Of a DNA stretch of 64,000 nucleotides, positions 1 to 15,000 are shown piece after piece. This DNA is from Flectonema sp. DT1601. Taxonomy: Eukaryota. The notes under the pieces were generated by a model. It saw only the letters and a program-made list of their open reading frames with translations. It made no database searches and was not told where the DNA came from. The stretch spans positions 1,364,001 to 1,428,000 of the forward strand of contig OZ025782.1 of assembly GCA_964019425.1 (NCBI GenBank). The letters run 5' to 3'. The translations under genes were made by a program, and so were the position numbers. Each line of letters begins with the position of its first letter. The first letter of the stretch is position 1.

Positions 1-3000
1 ATCGGCGTTGCAGTCCTGCTCGGTAAGCGCAGGATTCCCAGGAGCAGCCACGCATCTCTTCTTGATGCACTGAGCTCCGTCAGTTACTCCGTCGCACGCA
101 TCCCATTCGCACAGAACGTCGCTGTTGCACGCGCTCGCGTTTGTTTGCTTGCACGGCTTTTCTACACATGTTTGCTGAAGACCGTCCCATTCACACCCCT
201 TCGGATCGAGGTCGCACTCCGCCTCAGTTGGCTGATTGCAGATGCGTTCCTCGCAGTCTGTTTTTGTCTGGTTCCAGTCACACTTCGGGTCCTTCTCACA
301 AGTTGCTGCATCTTGGTATGAGCATAGTGGGTTCTTCCAACATCCCTCTAGACCAACGACCGATGCGTTCCAGAAGCAGTCGTTTAGTGTGTCCGCCGTA
401 CACTGGGTTTGATTGCAATGCTGCACACACGGCGAGTCGACACACTCGAGTCCGACTGAGCTGTACAGACAGCCAGGGTCAGCTGTGCACAGCACCTGAT
501 CTACGTACTGTGGACAAGGCTTGTGTACACCAGACTGATTCTGGGCAGCAGCCCCCGGCATCAAGAGGGCACCCCACTTGCTATTTGGGTCACAAAGTCC
601 GTTCAACACTGTGGCTGGAAGCTCGTCGATAATCAGGTTCTCAAAGTGGTCGTCGTGAGGATCCGACGTAATCGGCTTCAACTTCTCCTCAGCTGCGGTA
701 TCCACTGCCGTGTGCGTCGCCTGTCTACGGAGAACCACTCCAAACACTTCGACACTCTCCTGGTTTAGTGTCGCTCTTGCCGCCGAGAGTTTGTCGTCGT
801 CCTTGATAGCTCCATCCGTGATGATGATTAGCACTCGCTTTCTACCTACGGGGCTGGCACGGAACATGTCACCGGCCCATCCAAGACCCTGGTTGATGTA
901 AGTTCCCGCCTGTAGGTAGTTCGCCTCATGATAATCAATGTCCGCCTGTAACTCAGTTAGCTTTCCTGTCAATGAACCGAACGAACCGACACCGATTGGT
1001 GTCCTGATGGCTGCCTTGTCGATAGCTGTTCCTCCACTAATCGGAATACCAGAGAACTGGATTACTCCCATTCGCATTCCACCGTTAGGAGCGGTGGAGT
1101 TAATCCCCACCTGGTGGCTCTCTCCAGTAAGCGGCAGAGTTTTCACCCAATCACGGATCATCTCCATCATGGCATAGAACCCATTCGGGTGACGGCCAAA
1201 GTTCTGCGACATCGAACCTGAACCATCCACCAACAATACAACATCAAGTGTTGGGCACTGTCCGTAACGGCTCTCTACACACTTTCCAGCCCCTGATGAC
1301 GTATCCCAGAAGCATCTTGGTTCCGCCTTGCAGTCGCATCTGTCAAACGGATCGCACTCCTTATCAACGCAGCGGTTCGCTCCGTCGTCCCACACGCAGT
1401 CGTCCTTGGCGCTGCATGTTGTTGGATCTTTGTTCTTGTTGCAGACCTTCTCCTTGCAGAGTGATGGCGACACGGTTACATCCCAGTGGCATACCGGGTC
1501 CTTGTCACACTCTTTCTCATTCGGGTTTTCAACACACGGCGCTACGACGCATGGCTCGACATTGCCTCCCAACCACTCACACTTAGGGTTTGCTTTGCAG
1601 TCCGTCTCAGTGTCGTTCACACAAACCTTCTCCACACAGACTCCAGGAACCAAGTCTGTTACTCCCGTGGCATCACCCACAGCGACGCACATCTCGCCAA
1701 CACCTCCCCACTCGCAGATGTATCCGTCGATATGATGATGATCCCCTGGGTAGTCATTCCACTCGCCCGACGGAGAGAGGAAGTGTGCGTAATCTTCCCC
1801 ATCCGTTGCACAAGATCCCGGACAAGGTCCACTCCAGTTATTTGGCTCTGCACCCGCCCAGTTTGCGTACATATTTTTTCCAGTAGCTGCGTCGACACGA
1901 AGTACAAAGTTTCCAGCTGTACCCTGTCCGAATGGTAACCCAGCTTCGTTCTGTATATCGCACGAGCTAGTGGTCGGAGTGTACACGCACCCTCCGGCAA
2001 GTCCCTCCGGTCCGGTAACCCAGCTCCACGTACTTTCTTGGTGACGGTCGGTGGCTCCCATCCATCCCTGACCCTCTAATTTCTTCCTTGCGACTTCGTC
2101 TTCTGTCTCACTAGTGATGGTGATAAGGTACCCGAGGAGTCCTAAAATCTTGTTCGAACCCAACGCGCACTGGTCTTGGGCCTCGCTCCACTTGCACGCC
2201 CCACCCGGACAAGTAGACTTCGGGAAGAAGTGGTAGTAGTGTCCCGTGTGTGACGAGAAGAATCCGTGGCCGTAGTTCCAGGTGATTCTCCTCTTACCCG
2301 TGTTGTCCGCCGATGTGCTGAACTCAATGCTGGCGATCGCTTTTGCCAGATCTGCTGCTGTTCCCGATGAAATGCTTAGCATTCCGCTCTGCGCGTGCCA
2401 CTCAGCGGTCAGTCCAAGCGCCTTGCAAGCCACGCACGTCAGTGTGTCCTTACCGTTATTGTAGTACCCGTCCTCGATGTCTACAATCGCACCGGGAAGC
2501 ACGTTCGAACCAATCGTTGTTGCGCAGGAGCACCCGTTTTTCCAGCTTCCCGGGGTCTCGCAAGCCAATCCGTCAAAAGGTTTCACTGGAACATCCTTCT
2601 CGAAGGACAGTTGGTTAGCCAAGTTTCCAGCTTTACCGGAACCAGTCGCCCAGTCACACACCGGATCAGCCGCGCAGTCCGACTGCTTGTCGTGCAAGCA
2701 GGGCTTCCTCGTACACCCAGGTGTTGGAAGATCTTTCCACTCACATCCCTCAGGGTCTGCCAAACATGTCTGCTCGTTGTCGTGTTTGCACGGATCGTTT
2801 GTACACTCCGCGGCCTTCGCGATTGCGAAGTCACTCGATGGCGGTGGACACACACACCTCCAGTCGTCTTTACTGCTTACCGTGGTGTTTGGATCGAAGC
2901 AAGTCTGCTGACAGTTTAGGCTTCCCGCCCGGCAGTCTGCTGTGCACTTAAACCCGTTGGTGTCACACTCATCTTCTTCACACTTAGCAGGCTTTCCAGT

Positions 3001-6000
3001 TGCAACGTTTGTTGACGGCGGTTGGCACTTGCAGAGCCAATCGTTCGTCGATTGTGGCGTCATATTTGGATCTTCGCACTCTTGCCCAACATCGGAGCAA
3101 GTTGTACCTGCGCATGTGGGGCACGTTTGCACGCACTCGTCGAGTACACACTTTGCTTGCTGAGTGATAGCGATGCCGACCGATGGCGGTGGGCACAGGC
3201 ATTCCCAGTCATTCAACTTAGTGGTGTTCTGGTCCCTGCATGTCTGCCCGACTTGCTTGCAGGTTGCTTCATTCTCAACACACTCGTCTACTGTGCAAGT
3301 TGCCGCAGAGGCCGTCATTACTCCAGATGTAGGAGGTGGACACTCGCATTTAAAGTCGTCTTCTGGAGGACATGTTTTCTTTGCATCATAGCAGGTCTGT
3401 CCAGCAACCAGGCAAATCGTGTTGTTTCGGCACTCGTCGCAAACGCAATCCGCAAGCTTTGCTGTTGCCACTCCCCTCCCAGGGTTGACACATGTGCAGG
3501 TCCAGTCAGAAGTAGAATCAACCGATCTGTCCGGGTCTTCGCACGTCTGCCCTGCGGCAGTACACGTGCTTGGGCCACCTTGCTGCGTCTGTGCGCACGT
3601 TGGACAAACCGCAACACACTCGTCTAATTGACACTTGGCAGGAGCCGCTACTGCAGGAGTTCCCACCTGTGGTGGGATGCATTCACAGGTCCAATCACCG
3701 AGATCCGTGTGAGACTGGTTGTTGTCTACGCATCTCTGTCCCTCTGCAGAACACACGTTCGTGGAGCTGGTGTCAGTCTGCGCACACGTAGGGCAGGTCA
3801 CAACGCACTCATCCAACACGCAGTCGGTCGGCGTCCCCAACGTCACGTTTGTTCCGGTTGCTGGTGGAGCGCACATGCATACCCAGTCTCCAGCAACCAT
3901 AGGGTTCGGGTCATCGCACACGAATCCAAGATCCGTGCACTTCATCTTGGCATCATTACTGGTTGCGCATTCTCCTGGGTACTCGCATTGTGCAGGAACT
4001 TGCTGCCCGCGCATCGCAGCGACCGCAGGTGGCACTATGCACTCGCACTCCCAGGTGCCTCTCGTTTTTTTGTCATCATCCACACAAACCTGCCCAGCGG
4101 CAGTGCACACCTTTTCGTTATTCGGATCGTGACACTCGTCGTCCTCACACGGCGTTGCGGCCGCAGCTACAGCGATGTCCGTTGCTGGAGGAGGACACTT
4201 GCACACCCAGTCCGACAGCGACGTCGCGTCGTGGTTCGGGTCGTGGCAAGTTTGGTTTTGGCTAGAGCACGTGTCATTTGCACAGGTTGGACACACCTTT
4301 ATGCACTCGTCAAGCTTGCAGTGCGCAGGTGCCACAACGCCCACACCAGTCATTGGAGGGATACATTCACACGTCCAGTCGCCAGTCGAAGTTGCAGTCT
4401 TATCTGGGTCATTGCACTTCTGTTCACCGGTTGGAGCCCCCTTGCACACATCCTTCTCGCAGGTTGGGCAGTCTTTCTCGCACTCGTCTAGCAAGCAGAC
4501 AGCCGGACCGGCGGTCATTGTTCCATTTGTTGGTGGAAGACACTCACACTTCCAGTCTCCCTGCTGAAGCGGGTTTGGATCGACGCACTGCTGACCGACG
4601 TTCGTGCAAATGTCTTTGTGGAGTGTGCACTCGTCAATACTGCAGTTCGCCTGACCGGTTACTTGTGTGTTGTTCGAAGGTGGTGGACAGACACACATCC
4701 AGTCGCTCGTCGCAGTTGCGCCTTTGTTCGGGTCAAAGCACGTCTGACCGTCGGTGCACTTCCCACACGTTCGGCAGTCCACCACGCACTCATCGAGTTT
4801 GCAATCCGCTGCCGCAGCTGTGGCTTTCCCGGTCGACGGTGGAGGGCAAGTACATGTCCAGTCACTGTGATGCGTCATTGTTGGATTTGGATCGTTACAC
4901 GTCTGTCCCAGTGCCGTGCACGTGTCGTTGGCGCAAGTCGGACAGCTCGCCACACACTCGTCGAGCCTGCACTCCGCCGGTTGTTGCGAAGGTGGAGTTC
5001 CTGCTGGAAAGACAGTTGACGGTGGGATGCACTCGCACACGTAGTCGTCTGGCGAGCACGGTTCTTTGTTCGGGTCGGTACAGCTCTGGCCTACACCTGT
5101 GCACCCGGCTCCCTTGGTCTTGCACTCATCGTAGATGCACTTGTTGCTTTCCCACGTGCATCTCACGTCGGCGTTGCATTGCTGCTCGTTATACTTCGCG
5201 TCCGTTGTATCGAATTTGCACGGACAGGTTGGATCCTCTGCCTTCGAGCACGTGGCGTTTTGCGAGTCCCAGGTGCAGTTGTTTCCTTTGTCGTTTCTGC
5301 AGTCCGGCTCCAGGCAGTGCAGCAAGCACGGAGAGTTCACGCATAACCCACCGACATCTGACCACACACAACCAGCATCCTGCTCGCACGGAGTCTCTGT
5401 TACGTAGTCTGGACAAGGATGATGTACTCCGGTCGTTGGCTTAGGAGGGTCCTTCACAATCAAGTGTCCCCATGGACCGTTCGGATCGCATATCGATCCA
5501 ATCAGATCTGGAATATCGTCGATCATCAAGTTCTGGAAGTGGTCATCATGCGGGTCCGACGTGATCGGTTTCAGGGTCTTCTCAGCATCTAAATCGGCCT
5601 TCGTATGCTGGTCCCTCTTCCTTACAACAATACCGAAAGTCTGTACTCCCTCCCGGTCGAGCTCAGCGCGAGCCGGCGCCAGCGACTGCTCATCAAAAAT
5701 CCTTCCGTCGGTGAAGATAAACAGGACGCGCTGCCTTCCGTCCACCGGTGAACCGTGGAAGATGTCCCCGGCCATCGTCAGCGCCTTCTCGATCATCGTT
5801 CCCTTCTTGTAGTAGTTGTTCTCGTGGAAGTCGAGATCCGCATCCAGCTCGCCCAACACACCAGAGAGCCTTCCATTGGTCGTCCCAGAGCCTGAGGCTG
5901 CCTTCGCTTCGCTGCGGCGGTAGTTCTTCCCCGAAAATTGGACGAACGCGACACGCACACCGGCATTGTTCGGTGCCGAATTCAGCCCCACAGTCGCATC

Positions 6001-9000
6001 CTCGCCGTTCAGTGGCAGCTTCGTAACCCAGTCTCTTAGCATCTCTACCAGCGCATAGAATCCATGCGGGTGGCTGCCAAACGTAGATGACATTGAACCA
6101 GATCCATCAATGATTACAGCAATATCAATAGTTGGGCACTCACCAAACTCAATTGCCACGCACTGACCCTGGCCGTTCAATCCGGCACCAGGCTTCCAGT
6201 AGCACTTCGAGTTCTTGTCGCAAGGACAGCGGGTCGGGTACTTGCTGCAGTCGAGGTCTGTACACTTGTTATTTGTGTCGTCCCACAAGCAGTCAGTATC
6301 GTTGTTGCAGGTATTCTTGTTGTCGATCTTCGGGCACTTCTTGTCCCCGCACACAGGGGGGGTCACAGTGATGTCCCACTTACACGCATCCTTGTGGTCG
6401 CAGCACCTTTCGTCGAGATATTTCGCACACAAATTCTCCTTGCAGATTCCGACAACTCCAGTCGCGTCCCAAGAGCAGCGCGAATCAGCTGTACAATCAC
6501 CAGCAGTCGTGTGAGTACACAGGATCTCCTTACATGATTGTGCTGTGCCGTTGCACGCGTCGGCCGACCAGTCGCAGTTTGGATCCGTTTTGCAAGTGTT
6601 CTGATCTGGGTATTGACATTTCTTCTCTACGCACTGGTCTTTGCCGTTCACGTTGATCCACTCACAGGTGTCTGGATCGTCCAGGCAATCCTGAAGGTTG
6701 GTATTTGGTGTGCACTTCTCCTTCTCGCACTTCTTCACGTCATCCCACACACACTTCTCAGGCGACTTCTGACACTCAGCTTTCGTAGTGTAGGCACACT
6801 CAGTGGTCTTCCAACAATCACCAGTTGTCGTGTTCCACACACACAGGTTCAATGTGTCCGCTGTGCACTCCGGATTGTGGCAGTGTGCCGTACATGGGGA
6901 GTCCGCACACGCTGCCGATGCTGCGTCCCACACACATCCGGAGTCCTGCGTGCATTCGTGTGTGTCAGTGTAGTGGTCACATGGCTTGTGGACTCCACTC
7001 TGACCAGGTGCGTTGGTTGAGGTTACAATTAAATGTCCCCACACTCCGTTCGGGTCGCAGATGTCGGCAAAAACCTGCGACGCTATCTCATCGATCTGCA
7101 GGTTCTGAAAATGGTCGTCGTGAGGATCTGAGGTGATAGGCTTCAACGTTTTCTCTGCATCCGTGTCTGCCTTCGTGTGACCAGATTGGCGACGAACCAC
7201 TATACCGAAGGTCTGTACCTGTTCCTGGTCTAGCACCTGCCTTGCTGGGGACAACACATCTGGGTCGTAGATCCTTCCGTCGGTGATGATGATCAGAATT
7301 CTCTTCCTCGAGCTCACCTTGTGCGAACGATCAAACATGTCACCGACCATTTCAAGACCCAGCTGGATCATCGTACCCTTTCCGAGGTAGTTGTTCTCAT
7401 GCCAGTCAAGGTCGTCGTTAATCTCCCTTTCGAGACCACTGAGATGCCCTCCAGTGCCAGTATTTCCGCTAGTTTCGATAGCGTTACTCCTTCCCGAAGA
7501 CCACGGCCAAGGCCATCCGCGATTCTTACCGGAAAATTGCACGAAACCAAGACGTACACCACCCGTCACCGGACCGCCCGGCGTAGGCGACGCCGCAGGC
7601 TCTCCGGTAAGTGGTAGGGTCTTCACCCAGTCGCGGAGGATCTCAACCAAAGCGAAGAACCCGTGTGGGTGACGCCCGAAGTTCCTCGACATTGATCCCG
7701 AACCGTCGAGGAGCAGGATGATGTCCATCACAGGGCACTCGCCGTATTTCTTGTCAGCGCACTTCACACCACTCCAGAAGCAGTCTGGATCTTCCTTGCA
7801 TGCGCATTCTTCCATCTTGTTGCACACCTTGTCCACACACTCATTCGTCGTGCTGTTCCACATACACAATCCGTCGGCATTACATGGGTCTAGGTGTGCG
7901 GCACTCGGGTACGTCGATGGGCAATATTTTTGCTTGCACACCGCAGGTGCCTGGCTGACATCCCAGTGGCAGCTGTCGTCGTGGTCACAGCACTTTTCAT
8001 CCGGGTAGTTCACGCACGGAGCAGGCTCGCAAGTCAGCTGCTGGCTCCACACGCAGAAGATGTCTGCCTGGCAACCCGCCTGCGTTTTGTGGCTGTCGAG
8101 GATGCACCTCTTCGGGACGCACTTCTGATCCACTGGGTCTGAGCACACGTCGTCCCACTGGCAGTCTGGATCAGCTACACACTCAGTTTTGTTGTAGTAG
8201 CATGGCGTCTTCACGCAGTCTGGAGGTTGCAGGCTTGTGTCCCACATGCACTTCTCTCCGAGGTTCACGCAAGCATCCTCCGTCGTTGCATCGCACTCTG
8301 GTTCGAAGCACGCAGGGTTCTTCGCCTGATCCCATTGGCAATTGTTAGCCTTGCAGTCCAGCTGGTTCTGGTAATCCGTGCACACAGCCTTCTCGCACGT
8401 GTCACCGTTTGTATTCCACAAGCATTTATTATTCGGGTCATTTGTGCAGTTATTCTCATTACAGTTCGAGAAGCAAGGGTGGTCCTCGCATTTTAGACTG
8501 ATCGAATTCCACTTGCACGTTTTCTCTGAGTCGCAGCTCGCCAATGCACCAATTTGGCTGCAGGACGTCACCTGTGACGATGATCCCTGTGTGATGTACG
8601 TTCCGAATGGACTGTTTGGATCACAGAAACCGTCCATAATCGAGAGTGCCTCGTCTACTTGGAGTGAAAGGGCGTGAGTTGCTTTAGGGGTAGAAACAAT
8701 CTCCTTTAACGTCGCCAAGTTTGCCAAGTCACGTGTGGTCGCGGTCGCTTGGCGCCTAAGGAGGATTCCGAATACCTTTACTCCCTCTGCTGCCAATACC
8801 TGACCGGCAGGCCCAAGCTCATCCTTGTCCATAATCCTTCCATCGGTGATGATCAGCAGCACCTTCTGTCTACTCGCTGGTGATTCCTTGAAGATCTCAC
8901 CTGCCCACTCCTCCGCCTCCTTCACCTTCGTCTGGCAACGGAGAGCTTCTCCCTCGTACCAGTCGAGGTCCGCAAGGAGCTGCGTCCTGTCACCAGTCAA

Positions 9001-12000
9001 CTTTCCGCATGTGTCAGCCACAGTCGGAGTGGTTCCCGTAATGATACTCAGCGATGGGATACCGTCTCCCTTTGTTACCCCGCTATTAGGATTGCATGAG
9101 CACGTAGGGCACTGGGCAACCCGAACTCCTGTGTCCCACGAGTTGAAGGCCACACGAAGCTTTCCTCCCTTGACGTTCGAGTTGATACCCTTGGTTGAAT
9201 CCTCGCCGGTCAGGGGAACCTTCTGTACCCAGTCCCTCATCACTTCCATCAGAGCATCAAACCCGCTAGGGTGACGACCGAACGTCTTGTCCATCGAGCA
9301 CGACGCGTCAAACGACACCACCACGTCGAGGTCAGGGCAGCTCGAGTACTTCTGGTCTACACAAACCGCAGAGCCACTTGATCTGTCAATAATGCAGCGA
9401 GGGTCTTCTTTGCACGGACAAATGAAGTCATTAGGGAACAGGTTGCTGTTGTAGTCACTGCACACCTTGTCAACGCACTTGTTGTTTGCGACGTCCCATC
9501 TGCACACCCCTTTTTGGTCACTGTTGCAGCTGTCCTTGTTTGCGTGCGTGTCAAAGCAGTACTTCTCTGCGCACAACCCACACCCAACAGCGTCCCAATG
9601 GCAGTCCGTGTCGCGGTTACACGACACCTCGTCAGCGTGCGGGTAGCACTTGGTCTCCGAACATGTCGTACCGTCCCAGTTGCAGGCTGTGTCTGCGAGG
9701 CACTCGGCTTGAGTTGTTGTCGTACAGCGTTTCTTGTGGCACAGCGGGTTCGCACCATCGCCCCACTCACATCTAGGTACATTTAGTTGGTTCTCACAAG
9801 AACTCTGATCGGTAAAGAGGCAAACTTTGTTGATACACGAGTCGCTCACGCAGTCCCAGTCGCACAACCCACTCGGGTCAGCAAGGCACTTTTGCTCATC
9901 TTTGATTTCTTTGCAGTCTGGCTTGGTTGGGTTGCATGTTCCCGTTGGTGCATCCCATTTGCACTTGTCATCGGCGTTGCACGGCCCAGGCGCGAAGTGC
10001 TGGCAGTCTTTCGGGTCGCATTCAGCTGGAACCTTTGTCGTATTCCAATCACACAGGTCATCCTGCACGCAATCCTGCTGAGCTGGATGCTTGCATACTT
10101 CACGCTGGCACTTATCCTGGTCCCAGAAGCATCCAGTAGCTAAATCGCAGTCCGGCTTGAGACAGTGCTTCTCGCATTCCGTCGTTACGCACATTCCACT
10201 AGCTGTGTTCCTCGCTCCCGCGGTACACGCCACGGAACCCCCAGCGAGCATGCAGTTCTCACAAACAAACCCAGCAGCCTTCTGTGTTGCTGAAAGCTCT
10301 AGACAGTTCAGGTTCAAGCAACCTTCAGCCGCTGCACATTTCTGGGGAACCACGTCCTGCCAGTCACAAGCCTGATCAGCCCTGCACTCCAGCTTCACTC
10401 CCCATTTTGAGCAAGGGACAACAGCTCCGGTCGCCGGCGGCGGCGTATTTCCTCCCTGGTTCTGGTGCGCTAGGATGGCGGCCCCAAAGCGGCCAGCAGG
10501 ATCACAGAAGTCCTTAAATACCTCATCCAACATGTCGTCCAGTGGAACGTTCACAAAGTGGTCATCGTGCGGGTCCGAAGTGATCGGCTTCAGAGTCTTC
10601 TCTGCATCCAAGTCTGCCTTCGTGTGCGCGGCACTCTTCCTTACAACTACACCGAAGGTGATTACATCCATATTGTCCAAGCTCTGGCGGATAGCTGGGA
10701 TTTCGCTGCTGCTCTGCGGTTCCTTAGGGTTCATAGCTCCATCAGTGATGACGATCAGTACGTGTTGTCTGTGTGATGGCGATCCCTGGAATACGTGCAC
10801 CGCATCCTCCAGTGCTTTTGCCATGTAAGTAACTGACTTCATGTAGTTCGTCTCGTGCCAGTCGAGGTCGACATTCAGCTCGCTGAGATCTCCACTGAGT
10901 TCTCCATCTGTGCATGTACCAGCAGGGGCAGGAGCGCGGCAACCCCTCGTTCCTAAAGTGCATCCCTGGCCGTTGTTCTTGCACACCCAGTATGCGTCAG
11001 TTCTCGAGAATTGTACGAACGCAAGACGGAAAGTTCCACCGATAACCGAGGATTGCTGGCCCACCGTGTGATCCTCACCTGTCAACGGAAGGGTCTGCAT
11101 CCAGTCACGCAGCATCTCTACCATTCCAAAGTATCCGTGAGGGTGGTTTCCGAATCTCGCACTCATGGAGCCAGATCCGTCCAGCACAAACACCACATCG
11201 AGATCTGGGCATGCCGATACGTGCACATCCCTACACTTCGGGTTGGTGGTTGAATCCCAGTAGCAGTCGGGGTTTTTAGTGCAGTCGCAGTTTGTTAGGT
11301 CACCGCATCTTGTCTTCTCACAGTAAGTTCCATTCCCATCGCTTCCTTGCTTACAGTTGGGGTCCGACGAGCACCTTGCATCGACTGTGCTTGCTGGTGG
11401 GTACTTTGTGTTGTACGCCACAGTACATTCCGTTGGCTGGCACGATGCAGGCGCCGTGGTGGTGTTCCAGTGGCAGCGTGGGTCATGGTCGCACGCAACG
11501 ATGTCGTCTCCGAAGCTTGGGCAGTAATCCGTCGTGCACGGGGTTGTTCCATCCCACATACAGAGTGGATCCTGGTCGCAGTTATTCTGAGTTGTGTGCA
11601 CCTTGCACTTATCAACTTCGCATTGCTGGCTGCGGGTGTTCCACTTACAGTTCTCGCATCCAGCCGCGTCACAAGGTTGCTGAGCAGTATACGTGCACGG
11701 TCTCTCTGAGCATGCCCCATTAACCCATTCGCAATTCGAGTCGACGCCGCACGTTGCTGTGATCGTGTATTGACAACGACTGTCGCGGCATTCAGTTGGC
11801 AATGAGCAGTTGTACACACACTGCGGGTCCGCAAGGCAATCCGCCTGCGACTTTCCGTCACATGTTGGGATTTGCAAGCACACAGGCGGGTCAACACCCG
11901 TATCCCACAAGCAGTCGGTCTTGTTAAGGCACGCATCCTGCACAAATATAGCAGCGCACGGTTTCTTCGAGCAGTCCCTGGTATTGTCATCCCACTGGCA

Positions 12001-15000
12001 CAGTGAGTCCGCGTCTCCTTCGCAGTTCGTCTTGTCAGTGTGCTCGCATACCTTTCTGGTACATTCTTTCGGTGTTCCCGACCACGAGCATGCGGGGTCC
12101 TTGTCACAGCAGTCTTTCTCGCAACACTCCTTGCAGTGTGTCGCCGAGCAAGTACCATCAATTGCAGAGACTACTCCAGCACCGCAGATGACCGTTGCCC
12201 GTTGCAGCTTACAGTTCGCGCACTGGTAAATTCCAGCGTATTGGCTCGGCACAGCCCGACAGTTCAATTCAGGACACCCGGTTGGTGAGTCGCACTTGCT
12301 GAGCTTCGGCTGTTTCCATTCGCAGTATTTATCGGCGTTACACTCGTCCTTGAATCCCCAAGTTGCACACGGGAAGTGCGTGCTGTCAACAGGTGGGATG
12401 AGAGACTTTCCGATCGGGCTCGATGGGTCGCAGAATACATTCAGCAGTTGGCTCGGGATCTCGTCCAGCTGCAGGTTCAAGAAGTGGTCATCCTTCGGAT
12501 CCGTAACCAAAGGTTTCAATCTCAGTTCTGCATAGTCATCCTGATAAGTGCGTCCAGTAAATCTGCGCATCACTACACCAAACACAATAACATTCTCTTT
12601 GCGGAGGTCCTGTTGAGCCTTGTCGAGCATACCAGGGTAGGTTGGCTGCCACAACTGATCACATCCGAAAGGACACTGATTGCACGAATTTCTAGCGCTG
12701 CATGCGTCTCCGTTGATATCGGTTAACCCACCGTCGGCGATAATAACCACAATATGCTTTCTGTGAGGTGGTGAGTTTTGAGGCAAGAAGGTGTGATCGG
12801 CAACATCTTGCAAGGCGTCGTGGATGTAGGTCCATTGACGCTGGTAGTTCGCCTCGTGCCAGTCGATATCCCCCATCAGCTCCTGCAGGTTACCAGACAG
12901 CATACCGTCAGTGCACTGACCGATCGCGCAGTTAGTTGGATGGTCTTCATCAGGACGTGCGTTCGCCTTTGAGAACTGGATGAAGGTAATACGAAACGTT
13001 CCACCTGTCACTGCCGAGTTCTGTCTTACAGTATGGTCCTCGCCCGTCAGCGGTAGGGTCTTCACCCAGTCGCGAAGCATTTCCAGAAGGGCAGTGTATC
13101 CGTGCGCATGGCGCCCGAATGATCTCCACATCGATCCTGAACCGTCAATTACAAAGGCAACATCCAGGTCTGGGCATTGGGACAACGAAGGGATCGCACA
13201 GTGCGGGTTGTTTGGGTCTGCCACCCACGTGCAGTCCGGATCTTCGTTACACTTGCACTCATCCTTCGGGTTGTTATATTTGTCACACGTTTTAACAGCG
13301 CAGTACGCAGGGTTCGCGTTCGTTTGCCACATACACTTGTCATCGTTCTGGCACGCCGGCTGCGTTGGGTACCCTCCACATGGTGTCTGTGTGCATACTG
13401 GCGGCGTACCTGTCGTGTCCCAGTGGCACGCGGTATCTGCGTTACACGAACCGGCGTCAGGGTGCTTCACACATGGCCTTTCCACGCACTTGTCGAGTGC
13501 GGTGTCCCATTGACACTTAGTATCGGCATTGCAAGTTGTGTCACTAACGTATTGGCAGATTTTCTCCGCGCAGTACTCAACCAACGTCGATGGCGGGCCA
13601 GGTGGTGGAGGGGTCTGCACAGGAACCCACTCGCATCCGTCCTCAGCATTACAGTCTCCTTCTTTTGTGTGAAGACACTTCTTTGGGTAGCATTTCGGGG
13701 TCTTGCTAGGATCATACTCACACACACTGAGGAAGCAGTAATCTGGATCTCCTGCAGGAGGATTGCACGGAGCTCCCATTTCGACCGCTACTGCTTCACA
13801 TGGTTGTTCGTTCTCGTGTACGCGGCAAGGATCATCGATACATTTGTTTGTTGCCCACATTGCGTTCCACAAGCAGTCTTTATCAGTTTTGCATTGTGCT
13901 TCATCTTTACCACTGCACCCTGGTTGCTCGCGCTTACAGTCGCCATTATCCCACAAGCATCCCGGATGAGCCTTACAGTCAGTCTCTGAACACAACGGGT
14001 AACAGTCTGATTGAGTGCATGATGGCGTAATTGAAGCATCCCACTTGCAGTTCAGGTCCGCCATGCAGTCCGTCTCACTCCCTTTCGGTGCACACCCGCT
14101 CGGTACAGTCACAGTCCCAGCAGCGATTCCCCTTCCAAAAACGCTTGTAGAGTCGCAAATCTGATCCAGTACCTGTTCCTTGAAGTGGTCGAGGTCAACG
14201 TTGAGGAAGTGATCATCCTGTGGGTCAGACACCAGCGGCTTTAGCTTCGCTTCCGCCTGAAGATCTTGGCGTGTGTGCCCAGTCGCCTTCCTCACAACCA
14301 CACCGAAGATTTGCGCGTCATGGTCGTTCTTTAACTTGTCCTCTATCGTACGAATGTCGCTGTCCCGGTCATGTAGCGCACCGTCAGTAATGATCATCAC
14401 AATCTTCTTTCTCGCCTGGCCGCTATTCTGAAAGGTGTCATATGCCACTTGCAATGCCGGAGCTAAAATCGTCTTGCCCTGACTCCACCTCCTGCAGAAG
14501 AAGTTCTCGTGGAAGGTTACGTCGTTCGAAAGGCTGGCGTAGTTTCCAGACAATGCAGCTCCCTGAGTTGTTCCCGCAACTGCGACCCACGGTTTACAGT
14601 TTACGAATCCCGCAGGCGCAGGTGGAGAGTTTTGCGCGGTCTGCGCTTCACCAGGCTTACCAAACTGCACCAACGAGGCACGAATACCGTACGTCGAGGT
14701 CGACGATGGCGCCAACTCAGCAGTGTGCAGAAAGTCTCTCATTTCCTCCATCATTCCGTAAAACCCGACTGCATGTGATCCAAACCTGGCGTCCATCGAA
14801 CCTGATCCGTCAAGCAAGAATGAGATGTCGACAGGTGGACACTGCACATTAGGATCAACACAATGGTTGTTTGCTGAATCCCAAATACAGTCCGGCGAGG
14901 CAGCTAAACAGTCGCACTTGTCGCTGATGTCACCGCACACGCGCTTTTGGCACTCAGCCCCAGCTGGATTGTTAGCATTCCAATAACAAGGTCCCAAATT